From a bacterium (GTDB lineage: Bacteria; Zhuqueibacterota; Zhuqueibacteria; Oceanimicrobiales; Oceanimicrobiaceae): a stretch of DNA of 64,000 bases. Location: positions 76,186 through 140,185 of the forward strand of contig JBBIIG010000004.1 in assembly GCA_037446635.1 (NCBI GenBank), read 5' to 3'. The translations under genes and the position numbers were made by a program. Numbering within the stretch: position 1 is the first letter of the stretch; each line of letters starts with the position of its first letter. Positions 39,890 through 50,264 of this stretch are shown here, piece by piece. Under the pieces are notes generated by a model. That model was not told where the DNA came from and searched no databases. It saw only the letters and a list, made by a program, of their open reading frames with translations.

Positions 39890-41491
39890 TCAACCTCTTC
39901 GTTTAAAACTTCGTGTGCTTCGTGCCCTTCGTGGTTTTGCTCTTTTCTTAGTGGAACGCGTCCTTTCATTTCCATCCAGCCCCGCAATCGGCAAATCGAT
40001 ATACGCCCCTTTGTTGCCGTGAAAGATGCATTCAATCTCGCACGCCAAACATTCGATGCACTTGCCGGCTTTTGCTTCTTCGCGGGTGATGGCCAGCACC
40101 GGCACATCTTTTTCCAATTTCAGAATTTCCGGGATGCAGCTCGACACGCAAATCTTGCTTTCGCATTTCAGACAGGCGGCGTGATCGTAAGTGATCGAGC
40201 CGGTCAGCGTGGCGAATTTGTAAGGCTTCTTCGCTTTGGGTTTTTGAAATTTCTTTTTCGTCCGAGTTGGTTTATATGAATCCACCAACGCGCGCAGCCG
40301 CTGGGCGCAGAACTCCGCGGAGTCATCTTTTTTGTAACCCTCGACCGGCGCGGGCAAATCTTTGGTGTAATTAGTGAGAATCTCAACGGCTTTGTCCTCG
40401 GCGTTGCCGCCCAAACGAATCACCGCCGGAATAGAAAGATTCTCTTCCCGGAACGCCTTTACCAGTCCGCGCGCGGAATGAAATTGTTCCTGACTGGCCA
40501 CGCCCGATCCCGAGCCAAAATAGGCATCGATATTCTTTTGCGAAAGAATGATCTTCGCGGCGCGATAGACTTTCGACGCCGGGGGATTGCCGCTGGTGTC
40601 GGTGAAATTCGCGATTTTGAATCCCTGCCGCGTCACCGCGTCCATCGACATCATCGAGCCGCCGCCGCCCGCGCCATGAAATCCGATGTAACCCTCGCCC
40701 TTTTTGAAATTCTGCTCCATCTGGATGAAATAGAACGTGCCGCGATAATCGTTCTTCTCAACGTTGTAGGCGATTTTGTCCAACTCCGTCGGCGGACGAT
40801 CCAGCTCGCGGGCGATTTCGATGCCCAACTCCGGATGGCGAAACACCGCGTAATCATCCACGGTGATGCGGCAGTCCGCGGCAACAGGATCGCCATTTTC
40901 AACTATCACCAGCGGATTGATTTCCGCGGAACGCGCCTCGTACGTGCGCGCCACGTTCCACAGTTTCACCAGCACGTCGGCCAACTTCGCTTGTGTCGCG
41001 CCAGTGATGCCAGTTTGGCGAATGAGATTGCGCGCCTGAAATTCTTTGAAGCCCTCGACGATATCGATGCCGGCTTTCGCGACTTTGTCCGGATGCGCGG
41101 CGGCAATTTCCTCGATGCCGGTGCCGCCAATCGCGCTGAAAATGATCACCGGCTGGCGCTCGCGATCATCGATGATGATGCCCGTGTAAAATTCCTGTTT
41201 GATGCCGAGCTTCTCCTCCACCAGCACCTGATCCACCACAAAATTTTTGACCGCGAGTCCGAAAAGTTTTTTTGAAAGGCGCTTGGCTTCGGCTGGCGTG
41301 CTAGCAAATTGAATCCCGCCGATGCCGGCGCGGCCGGTGGTCCAAACCTGCGCTTTCAGTACGACAGGCTTGCCAATTTTCGTCGCCGCTTTAAAGACTT
41401 CTTCCGGAGTTTTGCACACACTACCGGCGGGCGTCGGTATTTTGGCGTTTCGTAGAAGTTCTTTGCCTTGATATTCGTGGAGTCGGGCCAT
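39890..41491 (-). CDS. ATP-grasp CoA ligase beta subunit (SucC/ACL-like) with C-terminal 4Fe-4S ferredoxin-like domain
   Basis: LHEYQGKELL, LKAQV..GRAG, EINPL, GAGGGGSM, TDTSGNP; C-terminal CLKCESKICVSSC and CIECLACEIEC. Confidence 0.88.
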   Translation of the reverse strand: MARLHEYQGKELLRNAKIPTPAGSVCKTPEEVFKAATKIGKPVVLKAQVWTTGRAGIGGIQFASTPAEAKRLSKKLFGLAVKNFVVDQVLVEEKLGIKQEFYTGIIIDDRERQPVIIFSAIGGTGIEEIAAAHPDKVAKAGIDIVEGFKEFQARNLIRQTGITGATQAKLADVLVKLWNVARTYEARSAEINPLVIVENGDPVAADCRITVDDYAVFRHPELGIEIARELDRPPTELDKIAYNVEKNDYRGTFYFIQMEQNFKKGEGYIGFHGAGGGGSMMSMDAVTRQGFKIANFTDTSGNPPASKVYRAAKIILSQKNIDAYFGSGSGVASQEQFHSARGLVKAFREENLSIPAVIRLGGNAEDKAVEILTNYTKDLPAPVEGYKKDDSAEFCAQRLRALVDSYKPTRTKKKFQKPKAKKPYKFATLTGSITYDHAACLKCESKICVSSCIPEILKLEKDVPVLAITREEAKAGKCIECLACEIECIFHGNKGAYIDLPIAGLDGNERTRSTKKRAKPRRARSTRSFKRRG

Positions 41492-41547
41492 CCGGGATTT
41501 CTCGTTTGGTTTGACGATTATTTCAAATTTAGCTATCTGTGCAAATC

Positions 41548-42120
41548 TTAGACTCTGAGCGTGCCGCGGAACCCTCTGGCGCCGTAATAAGATTCCGCAC
41601 CGTTGTGATAGACGAAGACAGTGTTGTAGCGGCGATCACAGAAGAGCGCGCCGCCGAGTTTTCTAATATCAGCAGGTGTTTTCACCCAGCTCGACGTTTT
41701 CGTATCGAACTCTCCAAGTTTCTGCAGCTCCCGATATTGTTCTTCCGTTAAAATCTCAATGCCCATGTCAGCAGCCATATCCATAGCGCTAGCTTTTGGT
41801 TTATGTTCTTTCCTTGACTCCAGCGCTTCACGGTCGTAACAAACACTTCTGCGGCCTTTAGGAGTTTCCGCTGAACAATCAAAAAAAATGTAGTCGCCCT
41901 TTTTATCATAACCAACAACATCCGGTTCACCGCCAGTTCTTTCCATTTCATGGAGCGACCACAGTTTTTCGGGATTAGCTTCCAGCTTTGCGTGTACTTT
42001 AGCCCATTCAAGACCTTTATGGCGGTTCATGTTTTTCTCAAAACGGGCTTTCAACACTCCGAGTAGATCTTCACGTTGTTCTGGCGATAACGCCCTTTTA
42101 TTGCTATTAAAGTTCTTCAT
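41548..42120 (-). CDS. DUF4256 family protein
   Basis: LKARFEKNMNRH..EMERTGGEPDVV..DTKTSSW..YHNGAESYY..RGFRG. Confidence 0.85.
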   Translation of the reverse strand: MKNFNSNKRALSPEQREDLLGVLKARFEKNMNRHKGLEWAKVHAKLEANPEKLWSLHEMERTGGEPDVVGYDKKGDYIFFDCSAETPKGRRSVCYDREALESRKEHKPKASAMDMAADMGIEILTEEQYRELQKLGEFDTKTSSWVKTPADIRKLGGALFCDRRYNTVFVYHNGAESYYGARGFRGTLRV

Positions 42121-42128
42121 ACTTTTAG

Positions 42129-42857
42129 TTACCTGTGTTGAATAGGTGTGTTAAGTGTATGAAAATCTGCTTTTTTCAGAGTAAACTGCGCCGCATCTGA
42201 AGCGTCTTCGATTAAATCAATCTCAAATACTTCTTCAAATTTATGATGAATCAAATTCTGCACTTCTTCAAAATCGAGTTTCGTCCCTAAAAGCTTTTCC
42301 ATCGACGTCACCGGCTTGTCACTAATGCCGCAGGGAACGATGTTGCCAAAATATTTCAAGTCCGTGTTGACGTTGAAAGCAAAGCCGTGCATCGTTACCC
42401 AGCGGCTCACCTTCACCCCAATGGCCGCGATTTTAGCGCCATTCACCCACACGCCGGTGAGGCCATCCACTCGGCCCGCGCGGATGTCGTACTCCGCTAA
42501 CGTTCGAATAATCACTTCTTCGAGATCGCGCAGAAAGCGGTGGACATCGAGGTAGTAGTTGTGCAAATCCAAAATCGGGTAGCCGACAATTTGCCCCGGC
42601 CCGTGATAGGTGATGTCGCCGCCGCGGTCGATGCGATAAACACCAATTCCATTTTGTTTGAGAACTCTTTCGTCCGCGACAAGATGATTCTCTCCGCCCG
42701 CTTTGCCGATGGTGTAGCTGTGCGGGTGTTCTGTTAGAATCAGCGTGTCCGGAATTTCTCCGGCGACGCGCTGTTGGTGCAACTCGCGCTGCCAGTCCCA
42801 CGCGGTTTGGTAGTCGAGAATTCCAGTTTTGAAAACACGACCGATTTTCATTTTCAA
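42129..42857 (-). CDS. lipB: Lipoyl(octanoyl) transferase
   Basis: EHP.YT.G, RGGDITYHGPGQ, KIAAIG, HGFAFN, VPCG. Confidence 0.96.
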   Translation of the reverse strand: MKMKIGRVFKTGILDYQTAWDWQRELHQQRVAGEIPDTLILTEHPHSYTIGKAGGENHLVADERVLKQNGIGVYRIDRGGDITYHGPGQIVGYPILDLHNYYLDVHRFLRDLEEVIIRTLAEYDIRAGRVDGLTGVWVNGAKIAAIGVKVSRWVTMHGFAFNVNTDLKYFGNIVPCGISDKPVTSMEKLLGTKLDFEEVQNLIHHKFEEVFEIDLIEDASDAAQFTLKKADFHTLNTPIQHR

Positions 42858-42870
42858 AAAACAATCTTTT

Positions 42871-43212
42871 CTATGCAGGACGATTTATTCGCAAAAGCTT
42901 ACGCTTGAGGGTCTTTTGCGTTTTTATTGCGTCATGAATTCTTTTAGCCAGCGCCAGAAAATTTAGATCGAATGAACAAACAATAATGCCTTCGTGATCC
43001 GTCATCGATCCATGCAATTTAACAAAATGCTTTCGATTAATAGTCAACAAAGCTCTTTGATCTTTGGTGGCCTCACTGAGAACTTCTTCATCAGGCAACG
43101 CTTGTTGGGCTTTTCCGGTCTCTTGAATAGTGATTACATCATGACCCAATCTGCGAAGTTCCTCAACCGCGGGATAAGGAAAATTCTCGTTGGCATATAG
43201 GCGCGCCATCAT
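42871..43212 (-). CDS. DUF5615 PIN-like toxin
   Basis: LYANENFP..LRRLGHDV..PDEEVL..LLTINRKHF. Confidence 0.85.
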   Translation of the reverse strand: MMARLYANENFPYPAVEELRRLGHDVITIQETGKAQQALPDEEVLSEATKDQRALLTINRKHFVKLHGSMTDHEGIIVCSFDLNFLALAKRIHDAIKTQKTLKRKLLRINRPA

Positions 43213-43538
43213 GCCTCCTCGTTCTCCCGAATTTGCTGCTCGATCTCATCGCGATGGGCCCGCACATAAGCCCATGCGTTGACCAAATCTTCCGCACGAA
43301 GCGTCGGATAACTTCTCAGCAATTCTGCCTCGGTTGCGCCAAGTCGCCTCGCTTGCTCAAGCAGCCAGACCGGAATACGAGTTCGCACAATTCGCGGCTC
43401 GCCACCACAAACACCGGGCGTGCTCTCGATACCGGGAAACGAATCGCCTAAATCTTGCACAACCCATTGCAGCAATTCTGCTTTTTCAGCACGCGTCAGA
43501 GTTGACAGCAGTTCTTTTGCTTTTTCAGTGTTGGTCAT
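43209..43538 (-). CDS. DUF433 antitoxin
   Basis: PGVCGGEPRIVRTRIPVW..LLRSYPTL. Confidence 0.88.
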   Translation of the reverse strand: MTNTEKAKELLSTLTRAEKAELLQWVVQDLGDSFPGIESTPGVCGGEPRIVRTRIPVWLLEQARRLGATEAELLRSYPTLRAEDLVNAWAYVRAHRDEIEQQIRENEEA

Positions 43539-43562
43539 TTTTAGCCCTGAATGAATGAACAT

Positions 43563-43808
43563 TCACGCCGCTTCTAAAGAACGGACACTGAACACTTCAC
43601 TTTCTTTCAGCGGTTCAATTTCGGTCTCCGAGACCGTCACCACAGCAATCGTTTCTCCAAGCGCATTGAATACTTCCAATGAGTACCCATCTTCAGTAGT
43701 ACTCTATGGGTGGTATTCCACAATTGTTGCCACATCCCCCCTCTTCAGTCTCTTTTCGGGGAAGTCCCGAAGCAAGACAACCTCGCTGAATAATTCGTGC
43801 TTCATCAT
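43563..43808 (-). pseudogene. DUF4926 protein with in-frame TAG
   Basis: MMKHELFSEVVLLRDFPEKRLKRGDVATIVEYHP*STTEDGYSLEVFNALGETIAVVTV..LEAA. The amber codon is at 43704-43706. Confidence 0.8.
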
Positions 43809-43975
43809 CAACTCACTTCTCTCGACGCTCACTGGATTTAGACTCCATGCTCGGCCCGCCAAGAAATTCCCAGCGCAATGAATGTAAGAGAATTGAATTC
43901 CAAAGCCATTTGTTCCGTGTGGGATTACTTGGCAAAAACCGCACGGAGAAAAATCCCGCGCGAGCAGACGGGCAT

Positions 43976-44023
43976 CGCTCCACTACTCCAGAACTCCAAC
44001 ACTCCATTAATCCACTAATCCAT
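43976..44023. repeat. 8-nt periodic array (single arm) abutting lpdA stop
   Basis: ACTACTCC-AGAACTCC-AACACTCC-ATTAATCC-ACTAATCC. Confidence 0.8.
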
Positions 44024-45423
44024 CAAATATGAATCGCCTCTCCCATCGCATCCGCAGCCGCTTCCATCACCGCTTCCGTGAGCGTCGGGTGCGCGTGGAT
44101 GGTATGGAAAATTTCCTTCGGCGTGGATTCCAAAGTTTTCGCTATTCCCAGCTCAGCAATCATATCCGTGGCCTCGCTGCCGATGATATGAGCGCCTAAC
44201 AGCTCGCCGTACTTGGCGTCGAAAATCAATTTCACCATGCCTTCGGTTTCGCCCACCGCAATCGACTTTCCCAAAACCCGAAACGGAAACTTGCCAACTT
44301 TGATCTCGCGTCCGCCCTCTTTCGCCTTCGCCTCGGTCATACCGATGCTCGCAACTTGCGGCTGGCAATAGGTGCAGCTCGGAAAATTCGAGTAGTCCAC
44401 CGGCTTCGGCGATTTTCCCGCGATATTTTCGGCGCAGCAAATTCCCTCTGCGGAGGCCACGTGCGCCAGCAGCGGCGGGCCGATGACGTCGCCAATTGCC
44501 CAAATGCCCTCGACGTTCGTCTGATATTTCTCGTTCACTTTGATGAAGCTCTTTTCGATCTGCACGCCAAGTTCCTCCAAACCCAAACCGCTGGTGAAGC
44601 CACCGAATCCCACCGCCATCAGCGCCATGTCGCCAGTGAGCTCCTGACTGCTGCCTTTCTTGTCGCCGACTTTCACCGTCACCCCTTTGGCCGAAGTTTT
44701 GACGCTCTCGACTTTGGTTTCAGTGAGAATTTCGATGCCGCTTTTTTTGAACGACTTTTGCAGAATGTCCACAATTTCGGAATCCTCAAACGGCAGAATT
44801 TGCGGCAGCATTTCGACGATGGTGCACTTCACGCCAAACGCGTTGTAGAAATAAGCGAACTCCACGCCAATCGGTCCGCCGCCGATGATGATCAGCGACT
44901 TGGGCAGTTCCTCCAGCACCAAAGCCTCGCGACTGGAAATCACTTTCTTTTTATCAATCTCAACTCCCGGCAATGAGCGCGTGAAGCCCCCAGTCGCGAC
45001 GATGATGTGTTTCGTAGTAACCGCTTCAGCGGTTCCATCGCTTTTGGAAATCTCGACAGTGTTTTTTTTCGCGATACGTCCCGTCCCCGTGAAATGCTCG
45101 ATCTTGTTTTTGCGCATCAAGAACTCGACGCCTTTGCTGAGCCGGTCCGCCGCCGCGCGGCTGCGTTTGACGATTTTCTTCGGATCGTATCCGACTTTTT
45201 CCACACTCAAGCCGTACTCGTCCGCGTGCTGAAACATGCGATACACCTCGGCGCTGCGCAGCAACGCCTTACTGGGAATGCAGCCCCAGTTCAAACACAA
45301 GCCGCCGAGCCGCTCCTTTTCAACGATGGCGCATCTGAGTCCCAACTGCGAGGCGCGGATGGCCGCCACGTATCCGCCGGGTCCGCCGCCGATGACCGTA
45401 ACATCGAATTCCTTATTTGCCAT
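44023..45423 (-). CDS. lpdA: Dihydrolipoamide dehydrogenase
   Basis: GGGPGGY, GGLCLNWGCIPSK, GDV, HAHPTLTE. Confidence 0.97.
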   Translation of the reverse strand: MANKEFDVTVIGGGPGGYVAAIRASQLGLRCAIVEKERLGGLCLNWGCIPSKALLRSAEVYRMFQHADEYGLSVEKVGYDPKKIVKRSRAAADRLSKGVEFLMRKNKIEHFTGTGRIAKKNTVEISKSDGTAEAVTTKHIIVATGGFTRSLPGVEIDKKKVISSREALVLEELPKSLIIIGGGPIGVEFAYFYNAFGVKCTIVEMLPQILPFEDSEIVDILQKSFKKSGIEILTETKVESVKTSAKGVTVKVGDKKGSSQELTGDMALMAVGFGGFTSGLGLEELGVQIEKSFIKVNEKYQTNVEGIWAIGDVIGPPLLAHVASAEGICCAENIAGKSPKPVDYSNFPSCTYCQPQVASIGMTEAKAKEGGREIKVGKFPFRVLGKSIAVGETEGMVKLIFDAKYGELLGAHIIGSEATDMIAELGIAKTLESTPKEIFHTIHAHPTLTEAVMEAAADAMGEAIHI

Positions 45424-46390
45424 TTAAAATGTGCTCCATGATTAATTTGCCGTGCTGGCGTGAGTTTTCGATAAACACTTTGCTGCCATCGCCGCCTGCC
45501 GTGATGACGCCTGCAATATAAATTCCCGCTACGTTAGTTTCAAGGGATTTCGGGTTGTGCGCTGGTGTGGCATCGTTGGTGAATTGTATGCCCATCTTCT
45601 TCAAAAAGTCAACGTTGGGACGATAGCCGGTCATCGCGAAAACGAAGTCGTTTTCGATCTCCCACACTTCGCCAGCCGCATTTTTCACCACGATGCGATC
45701 CTCTTTGATTTGCAAAACTTCGGTATGGAAATGCGCGCGAATTTTCCCTTCTTTGATACGATTCTCGATATCCGGCAAAATCCAATATTTTACCGATTTG
45801 CCAAAACTCTCGCCGCGATGGACGACGGTGACTTTCGCGCCGTGATGATAGAGATCGAGCGCGGCCTCCACTGCCGAATTTTTGCCGCCAATGACCGCCA
45901 CGTTTTTCTGAAAGTAGGGATGGCCTTCGGTGTAGTAGTGGCTAACCTTTGGAAGATTTTCGCCGGGGATGTTTATAAAATTGGGCGTGTCGTACTGCCC
46001 GGTGGCAACGATGATGTTGCGCGTGCGATAATTTTTCTTGCGATCAGTTTCAATGCGAAAGTCCCCCTTTTCCCCGGAGACCGCTTGCACGGTTTCATAA
46101 AGATGCAGGCGAATCTGCCAGTGCTCGGCGACGCGGCGATAGTAGTTCAGCGCATCCAATCGTTTTGGTTTCGGAGCTGAAAGCACAAACGGCACGCCAC
46201 CAATTTCAAGTAAATCTGCAGTGGAGAAGAATGTGAGATCGGTGGGAAAATGGAAGATGGAGTTGACGAGGCAGCCCTTTTCGATGACGAGATAATTCAG
46301 ATTTTGCTGTTTGGCCTCGATGGCACAGGCGAGACCGGCGGGTCCGGCGCCGATGATGATGACATCGAACAACTCATGATGGTTGGTCAC
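45413..46390 (-). CDS. ypdA: YpdA family putative bacillithiol disulfide reductase
   Basis: GAGPAGLA, EKGCLVNSI..FP..FFST, GGKNSA, VKYWI.PD, FIENSR.H. Confidence 0.88.
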   Translation of the reverse strand: MTNHHELFDVIIIGAGPAGLACAIEAKQQNLNYLVIEKGCLVNSIFHFPTDLTFFSTADLLEIGGVPFVLSAPKPKRLDALNYYRRVAEHWQIRLHLYETVQAVSGEKGDFRIETDRKKNYRTRNIIVATGQYDTPNFINIPGENLPKVSHYYTEGHPYFQKNVAVIGGKNSAVEAALDLYHHGAKVTVVHRGESFGKSVKYWILPDIENRIKEGKIRAHFHTEVLQIKEDRIVVKNAAGEVWEIENDFVFAMTGYRPNVDFLKKMGIQFTNDATPAHNPKSLETNVAGIYIAGVITAGGDGSKVFIENSRQHGKLIMEHILNGK

Positions 46391-46429
46391 AAAATCTCAA
46401 AATCCTTTCTACTCCAGTTTGATCTGAAA

Positions 46430-46642
46430 TTATAAATCCTCGGGTTTCAAACCAGTGTGTTTGGCGATTCTTGCCAACATCTTTGGGCCAATCTCTTCAC
46501 GGTCATGAAATGCAAACACAAAATCTGGCCAACCTGTTCTTTCGAGAATCTTGTGCGAACCCGATTGACGTTTCACGCGCCAACCAATGTGAACAAGCGC
46601 TGAAAATACCCGGCGCGCTTTGGTAGCTCGCCATTGGCTCAT
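46430..46642 (-). CDS. hicA: HicA toxin
   Basis: GWRVKRQSGSHKIL..FAFHD.EEIGPKML. Confidence 0.87.
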   Translation of the reverse strand: MSQWRATKARRVFSALVHIGWRVKRQSGSHKILERTGWPDFVFAFHDREEIGPKMLARIAKHTGLKPEDL

Positions 46643-46845
46643 GTGCTCGTCGCAAAATACTCGCCGACTTCTGGCACCTCTTCGCCGTGCTCGATGCGAT
46701 CGGCCAGTACACGCAGCGCCAGAGCCTTCACTTTTGCAACGGCTTCATCACGCGTTTGACCGTAGGCCAAAACACCGGGAAGGTCAGGAATTTCTGAGAG
46801 CCAGCGTCCGTCTTCTTCTTTTTCGATTTCAATCGTCCATTTCAT
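46639..46845 (-). CDS. hicB: HicB antitoxin
   Basis: IEKEEDGRW..IPDLPGVLAYGQTRDEA. Confidence 0.87.
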   Translation of the reverse strand: MKWTIEIEKEEDGRWLSEIPDLPGVLAYGQTRDEAVAKVKALALRVLADRIEHGEEVPEVGEYFATST

Positions 46846-46864
46846 AGTTGATTACTCGACAACA

Positions 46865-48139
46865 TTAATTGAGCACTTCGCGCGGATCGGAAATGACGCC
46901 GCGCACAGCCGTGGCCGCGGCCACCGCTGGACTCACCAAATACACCTGCGCCGATGTATGCCCATTGCGTCCCACGAAATTGCGGTTGGTGGTGAACACC
47001 CCGACCTCCTTCTCCGCCATCACCCCCATGTGAGCGCCGAAGCAAGCGCCGCAAGTTGGCGGGCCTATTGAAGCGCCGGCTTCGTGGAAAATTTCCGCGA
47101 GGCCTTCGGTCAGCATTTGATGATAAATCTGCTCCGTTGCCGGCACCACCACCATTCGCAGGCGATTGTTGACTTTCTTCCCTTTCAACACTTGCGCCGC
47201 GATACGCAAATCTTCGATTTTGCCGTTGGTGCACGAGCCGATGTAAACTTGATCGACTGGCACTTTTTCGACTTCCGAAACCGACATCACATTGCCCGGC
47301 AAATGCGGACGCGCCACCATCGGCTGCAAGTTGCTGACATCGTAACTTAGTTCCTGACAATACACCGCGTCAGCATCCGGCGCAAAGAACAGCCACTCGT
47401 CCTCCGGCTTGACGGCGCGACCGCGCAGATATTCTCGCGTCACTTCGTCGGCTTTGATAACGCCGTTCTTGCCGCCGCACTCGATGGTCATGTTGGCAAA
47501 CACCAGGCGATCGTACATCGGCATGTTCTCGATGGTCTCGCCGCCAAACTCGATGGCTTTATAGGTGGCGCCCTCGATTCCCAAATCGCGGCACACCAGC
47601 AGCATCATGTCTTTGGCAGAAACCCATTCCGGCAACTTGCCCGTGAAAGTAACTTTGATGGACTCCGGCACGCGGAACCACGTCTCTCCCAAAACCCAGG
47701 CCGCAGCCATATCAGTGCTGCCCACTCCGCTGGCGAAACAGCCGAGTGCGCCGTAGGTGGTGCTGTGGGAATCGGCGCCGAGCACGACGTCACCGGGACA
47801 AATCAACCCCTGTTCCGGCAAGAGTTGGTGGGAAATGCCGGAGCGCCCCACTTCGTAGTAATATTTGATGTTCTGCTCGCGGGCAAAATTGCGCATGATT
47901 TTGGAGAACTCCGCGGATTTGATGTCTTTGGCCGGCGTGAGATGGTCGTGTACCAGCGGGACTTTTTCCGGATCAAACACCCGCTCGCCACCCATCTCTT
48001 TGAAGACTTTGATGGTCAGCGGCGAGGAGATGTCCGTCGCCATCGCGATATCGATTTTGGCAAAAATCAAATCGCCCGGCTTCACTTCTTTCAGCCCGGC
48101 GCGATTGGCTAAGATTTTTTCAGTGAGTGTCATGCCCAT
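46865..48139 (-). CDS. Aconitase-family large subunit (LeuC2/HacA-like)
   Basis: MGMTLTEKIL, DH, ADSHSTTYGA, IGSCTNG, PTCGACFG, NRNFVGR. Confidence 0.9.
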   Translation of the reverse strand: MGMTLTEKILANRAGLKEVKPGDLIFAKIDIAMATDISSPLTIKVFKEMGGERVFDPEKVPLVHDHLTPAKDIKSAEFSKIMRNFAREQNIKYYYEVGRSGISHQLLPEQGLICPGDVVLGADSHSTTYGALGCFASGVGSTDMAAAWVLGETWFRVPESIKVTFTGKLPEWVSAKDMMLLVCRDLGIEGATYKAIEFGGETIENMPMYDRLVFANMTIECGGKNGVIKADEVTREYLRGRAVKPEDEWLFFAPDADAVYCQELSYDVSNLQPMVARPHLPGNVMSVSEVEKVPVDQVYIGSCTNGKIEDLRIAAQVLKGKKVNNRLRMVVVPATEQIYHQMLTEGLAEIFHEAGASIGPPTCGACFGAHMGVMAEKEVGVFTTNRNFVGRNGHTSAQVYLVSPAVAAATAVRGVISDPREVLN

Positions 48140-48171
48140 GTTGTCACCTCAATTTGCTTAAAATCAATTTG

Positions 48172-48200
48172 ATTATAGAAAACTTTGGAGAAAATTACAA
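48172..48200 (-). promoter_or_regulatory. Sigma70 promoter upstream of LeuC-like gene
   Basis: TTGTAA-17 nt-TATAAT on the minus strand. Confidence 0.7.
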
Positions 48201-48237
48201 GCGGAAATTTGGAAGGAAATCCGACTGCGAAGGCTAT

Positions 48238-49557
48238 TCACCGCAGCACGAACCGCGGCAACCACTGCACGGTTTCGGGGAAGAAAACGATCAGCAGCAA
48301 CGTCAACAATTGCACAAACACAAACGGGATGATGCCTTTGTAAAGGTGAGCCGTGGTGACAGTCGGGGGCGCCACCCCTTTTAAATAGAATAGCGAGAAA
48401 CCAAACGGCGGCGTGATAAACGAGGTTTGCAGGTTCATGGCGATCAACACGCCAATCCAGAGCAGATCGATTCCCATGGCGGCGAAAATCGGCGCCACCA
48501 CCGGCACAATGATAAAAGTAATTTCGATGAAGTCAATAAAAAATCCGGCGATGAAAATCACCACCATCACCAAAAACAAAAAGGCGTGTGGACTGAGGTT
48601 GGATTCGAGGATGAGCTGGGTGAGCTGGCGGTCGCCGCCCATGATGCGAAACACCAGGCCGAACGCCGTTGCGCCCACAAGGATGATGAACACCATGCTC
48701 GTCAACAGCGTGGTTTCCTTCATCACCGCTTTGAGGGCCGCGAAGGAAAATCGTCTTTGGAACATCGTCAGCAGCGTGGCGCCCAGCGCGCCCACCGCGG
48801 CGGCTTCGGTGGGCGAAGCGATGCCCGCGAAAATCGATCCCAACACCGCCAGCATCAAAAAAAACGGCAGCAGAAAAGCGCGAATCACCCGGCGCACCAT
48901 CGCCCAACCTTTGAATTTTTCCAACTCTTCCACTGGCATGGCCGGCGCGCGCTGCGGGCGGAACTTGGAAATCAGCAGCAGCAAAAATAAATAAAGGCAC
49001 ACGAGAATGGCGCTGGGGATGATCGCGCCCAGAAACATGTCGCCAATCGACACATTCAAAATGCTGCCCAGCAAAACCAACACGATGCTGGGTGGAATGA
49101 TCTGCCCCAATGTGCCGGCGGCCGCAATCGCGCCCGTGGCCAACTCGGGACTGTAGCCGCGCTTAAGCATGGTCGGCAAACTTAGCAGCCCCATCGTTAC
49201 CACTGTGGCGCCGACAATGCCAGTGGACGCCCCCAGCAGCGCGCCCACTACCACCACGGAAATCGCCAGCCCGCCGCGCAGCCGGCCGAACAACAGCGCC
49301 ATCGTCTCCAACAAATCTTCCGCGAGGCCGGACTTCTCCAACATCACGCCCATGTAAATGAACAGCGGCACCGCGATCAGCACGTAGTTGCTCATGATGC
49401 CCCAGATGCGCAGCGGCAGCAAATTAAAAAAATCGAGGCCAGAGGTGAGTACTCCAAAAATAACCGCGACGCCGCCCAGCGTAAACGCCACCGGAAATCC
49501 CAGCAACAAAAAAATGAACAGGGTGAGAAACAGCAAGAGCGGCATGAGTTCAGCCAT
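48238..49557 (-). CDS. dctM: TRAP transporter large permease DctM
   Basis: [39 protein letters not shown]. Confidence 0.93.
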   Translation of the reverse strand: MAELMPLLLFLTLFIFLLLGFPVAFTLGGVAVIFGVLTSGLDFFNLLPLRIWGIMSNYVLIAVPLFIYMGVMLEKSGLAEDLLETMALLFGRLRGGLAISVVVVGALLGASTGIVGATVVTMGLLSLPTMLKRGYSPELATGAIAAAGTLGQIIPPSIVLVLLGSILNVSIGDMFLGAIIPSAILVCLYLFLLLLISKFRPQRAPAMPVEELEKFKGWAMVRRVIRAFLLPFFLMLAVLGSIFAGIASPTEAAAVGALGATLLTMFQRRFSFAALKAVMKETTLLTSMVFIILVGATAFGLVFRIMGGDRQLTQLILESNLSPHAFLFLVMVVIFIAGFFIDFIEITFIIVPVVAPIFAAMGIDLLWIGVLIAMNLQTSFITPPFGFSLFYLKGVAPPTVTTAHLYKGIIPFVFVQLLTLLLIVFFPETVQWLPRFVLR

Positions 49558-50092
49558 TCGCAGTTTCTCCCGGCGGTTGTTTGGCGCGCTGTTCAAATGC
49601 TGCGGAAAGCGATTGCATCGCGAGCGCCACGCCCTGCAGCAGCAGAAGAAAAAATCCCAGCGGCACACAGGCCTTGAGCAGGAAGCGCGCCGGCAGCCCG
49701 CCGGGGTCGGGCGAGGTCTCGCCGATGCGAAACGAGATGGCGACAAAATTGTGGGAGGCCCAGATAACCAGAGCCGCAAACGGAATTAAAAAAACGATGC
49801 TGCCCCAGAAATTGATCCAGGCGCGGGTTTGCGGCGAAAATTTGATGTAGAGCACATCGACGCGCACGTGGCGATCGTGTTTGAGGGTATAGGCTGCCGC
49901 CAGCAAAAAAATGATTGCGAATACGTGCCACTCCAATTCCTGCACCGCGATGCGGCTGCGGTTCAAAAGATAGCGGGTGAAGACGTCGTAGCACACGATG
50001 AGCACCAGCAGCGTCGTCAGCCAGGAAACGGCGGCGCCGATTTTTTCGTTGAGGGTGTCGATGAATGCGGCGAATCGGGTGAGGGTGCGCAA
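49550..50092 (-). CDS. dctQ: TRAP transporter small permease DctQ
   Basis: YDVFTRY, ELEWH, HVRVDV; 4 TM helices. TTG start behind a GGAGG SD. Confidence 0.9.
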   Translation of the reverse strand: MRTLTRFAAFIDTLNEKIGAAVSWLTTLLVLIVCYDVFTRYLLNRSRIAVQELEWHVFAIIFLLAAAYTLKHDRHVRVDVLYIKFSPQTRAWINFWGSIVFLIPFAALVIWASHNFVAISFRIGETSPDPGGLPARFLLKACVPLGFFLLLLQGVALAMQSLSAAFEQRAKQPPGETANG

Positions 50093-50162
50093 GGTTTCCT
50101 TCCTCCCATCGTCGTAGGGGCAATTCATGAATTGCCTCTACGGGTTGAATAAATTTGCAGGC

Positions 50163-50234
50163 AAAATATTGAGTCGCCGCCAAAGAAGCAAGGGAAAATT
50201 TTTGCTTGAGAATGAAGGAAGGGCTGGTTATTTT
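50163..50234. promoter_or_regulatory. Divergent sigma70-like promoters
   Basis: Minus: TTGCTT-17-TATTTT (50163-50191). Plus: TTGAGA-17-TATTTT (50206-50234). This is the strand switch point of the window. Confidence 0.45.
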
Positions 50235-50264
50235 TCACGAAACTTCTTATAACCGGAGGAAACC

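Noticed and set aside
41548..42120. DUF4256 gene as an integron cassette
   Set aside because: It looks inserted, but it ends GTCTAAG rather than RYYYAAC and has no upstream GTTRRRY.
43704..43706. Pyrrolysine or stop-codon recoding at the DUF4926 TAG
   Set aside because: TAG ends many ordinary genes here and no pyl genes are seen; a nonsense mutation is simpler.
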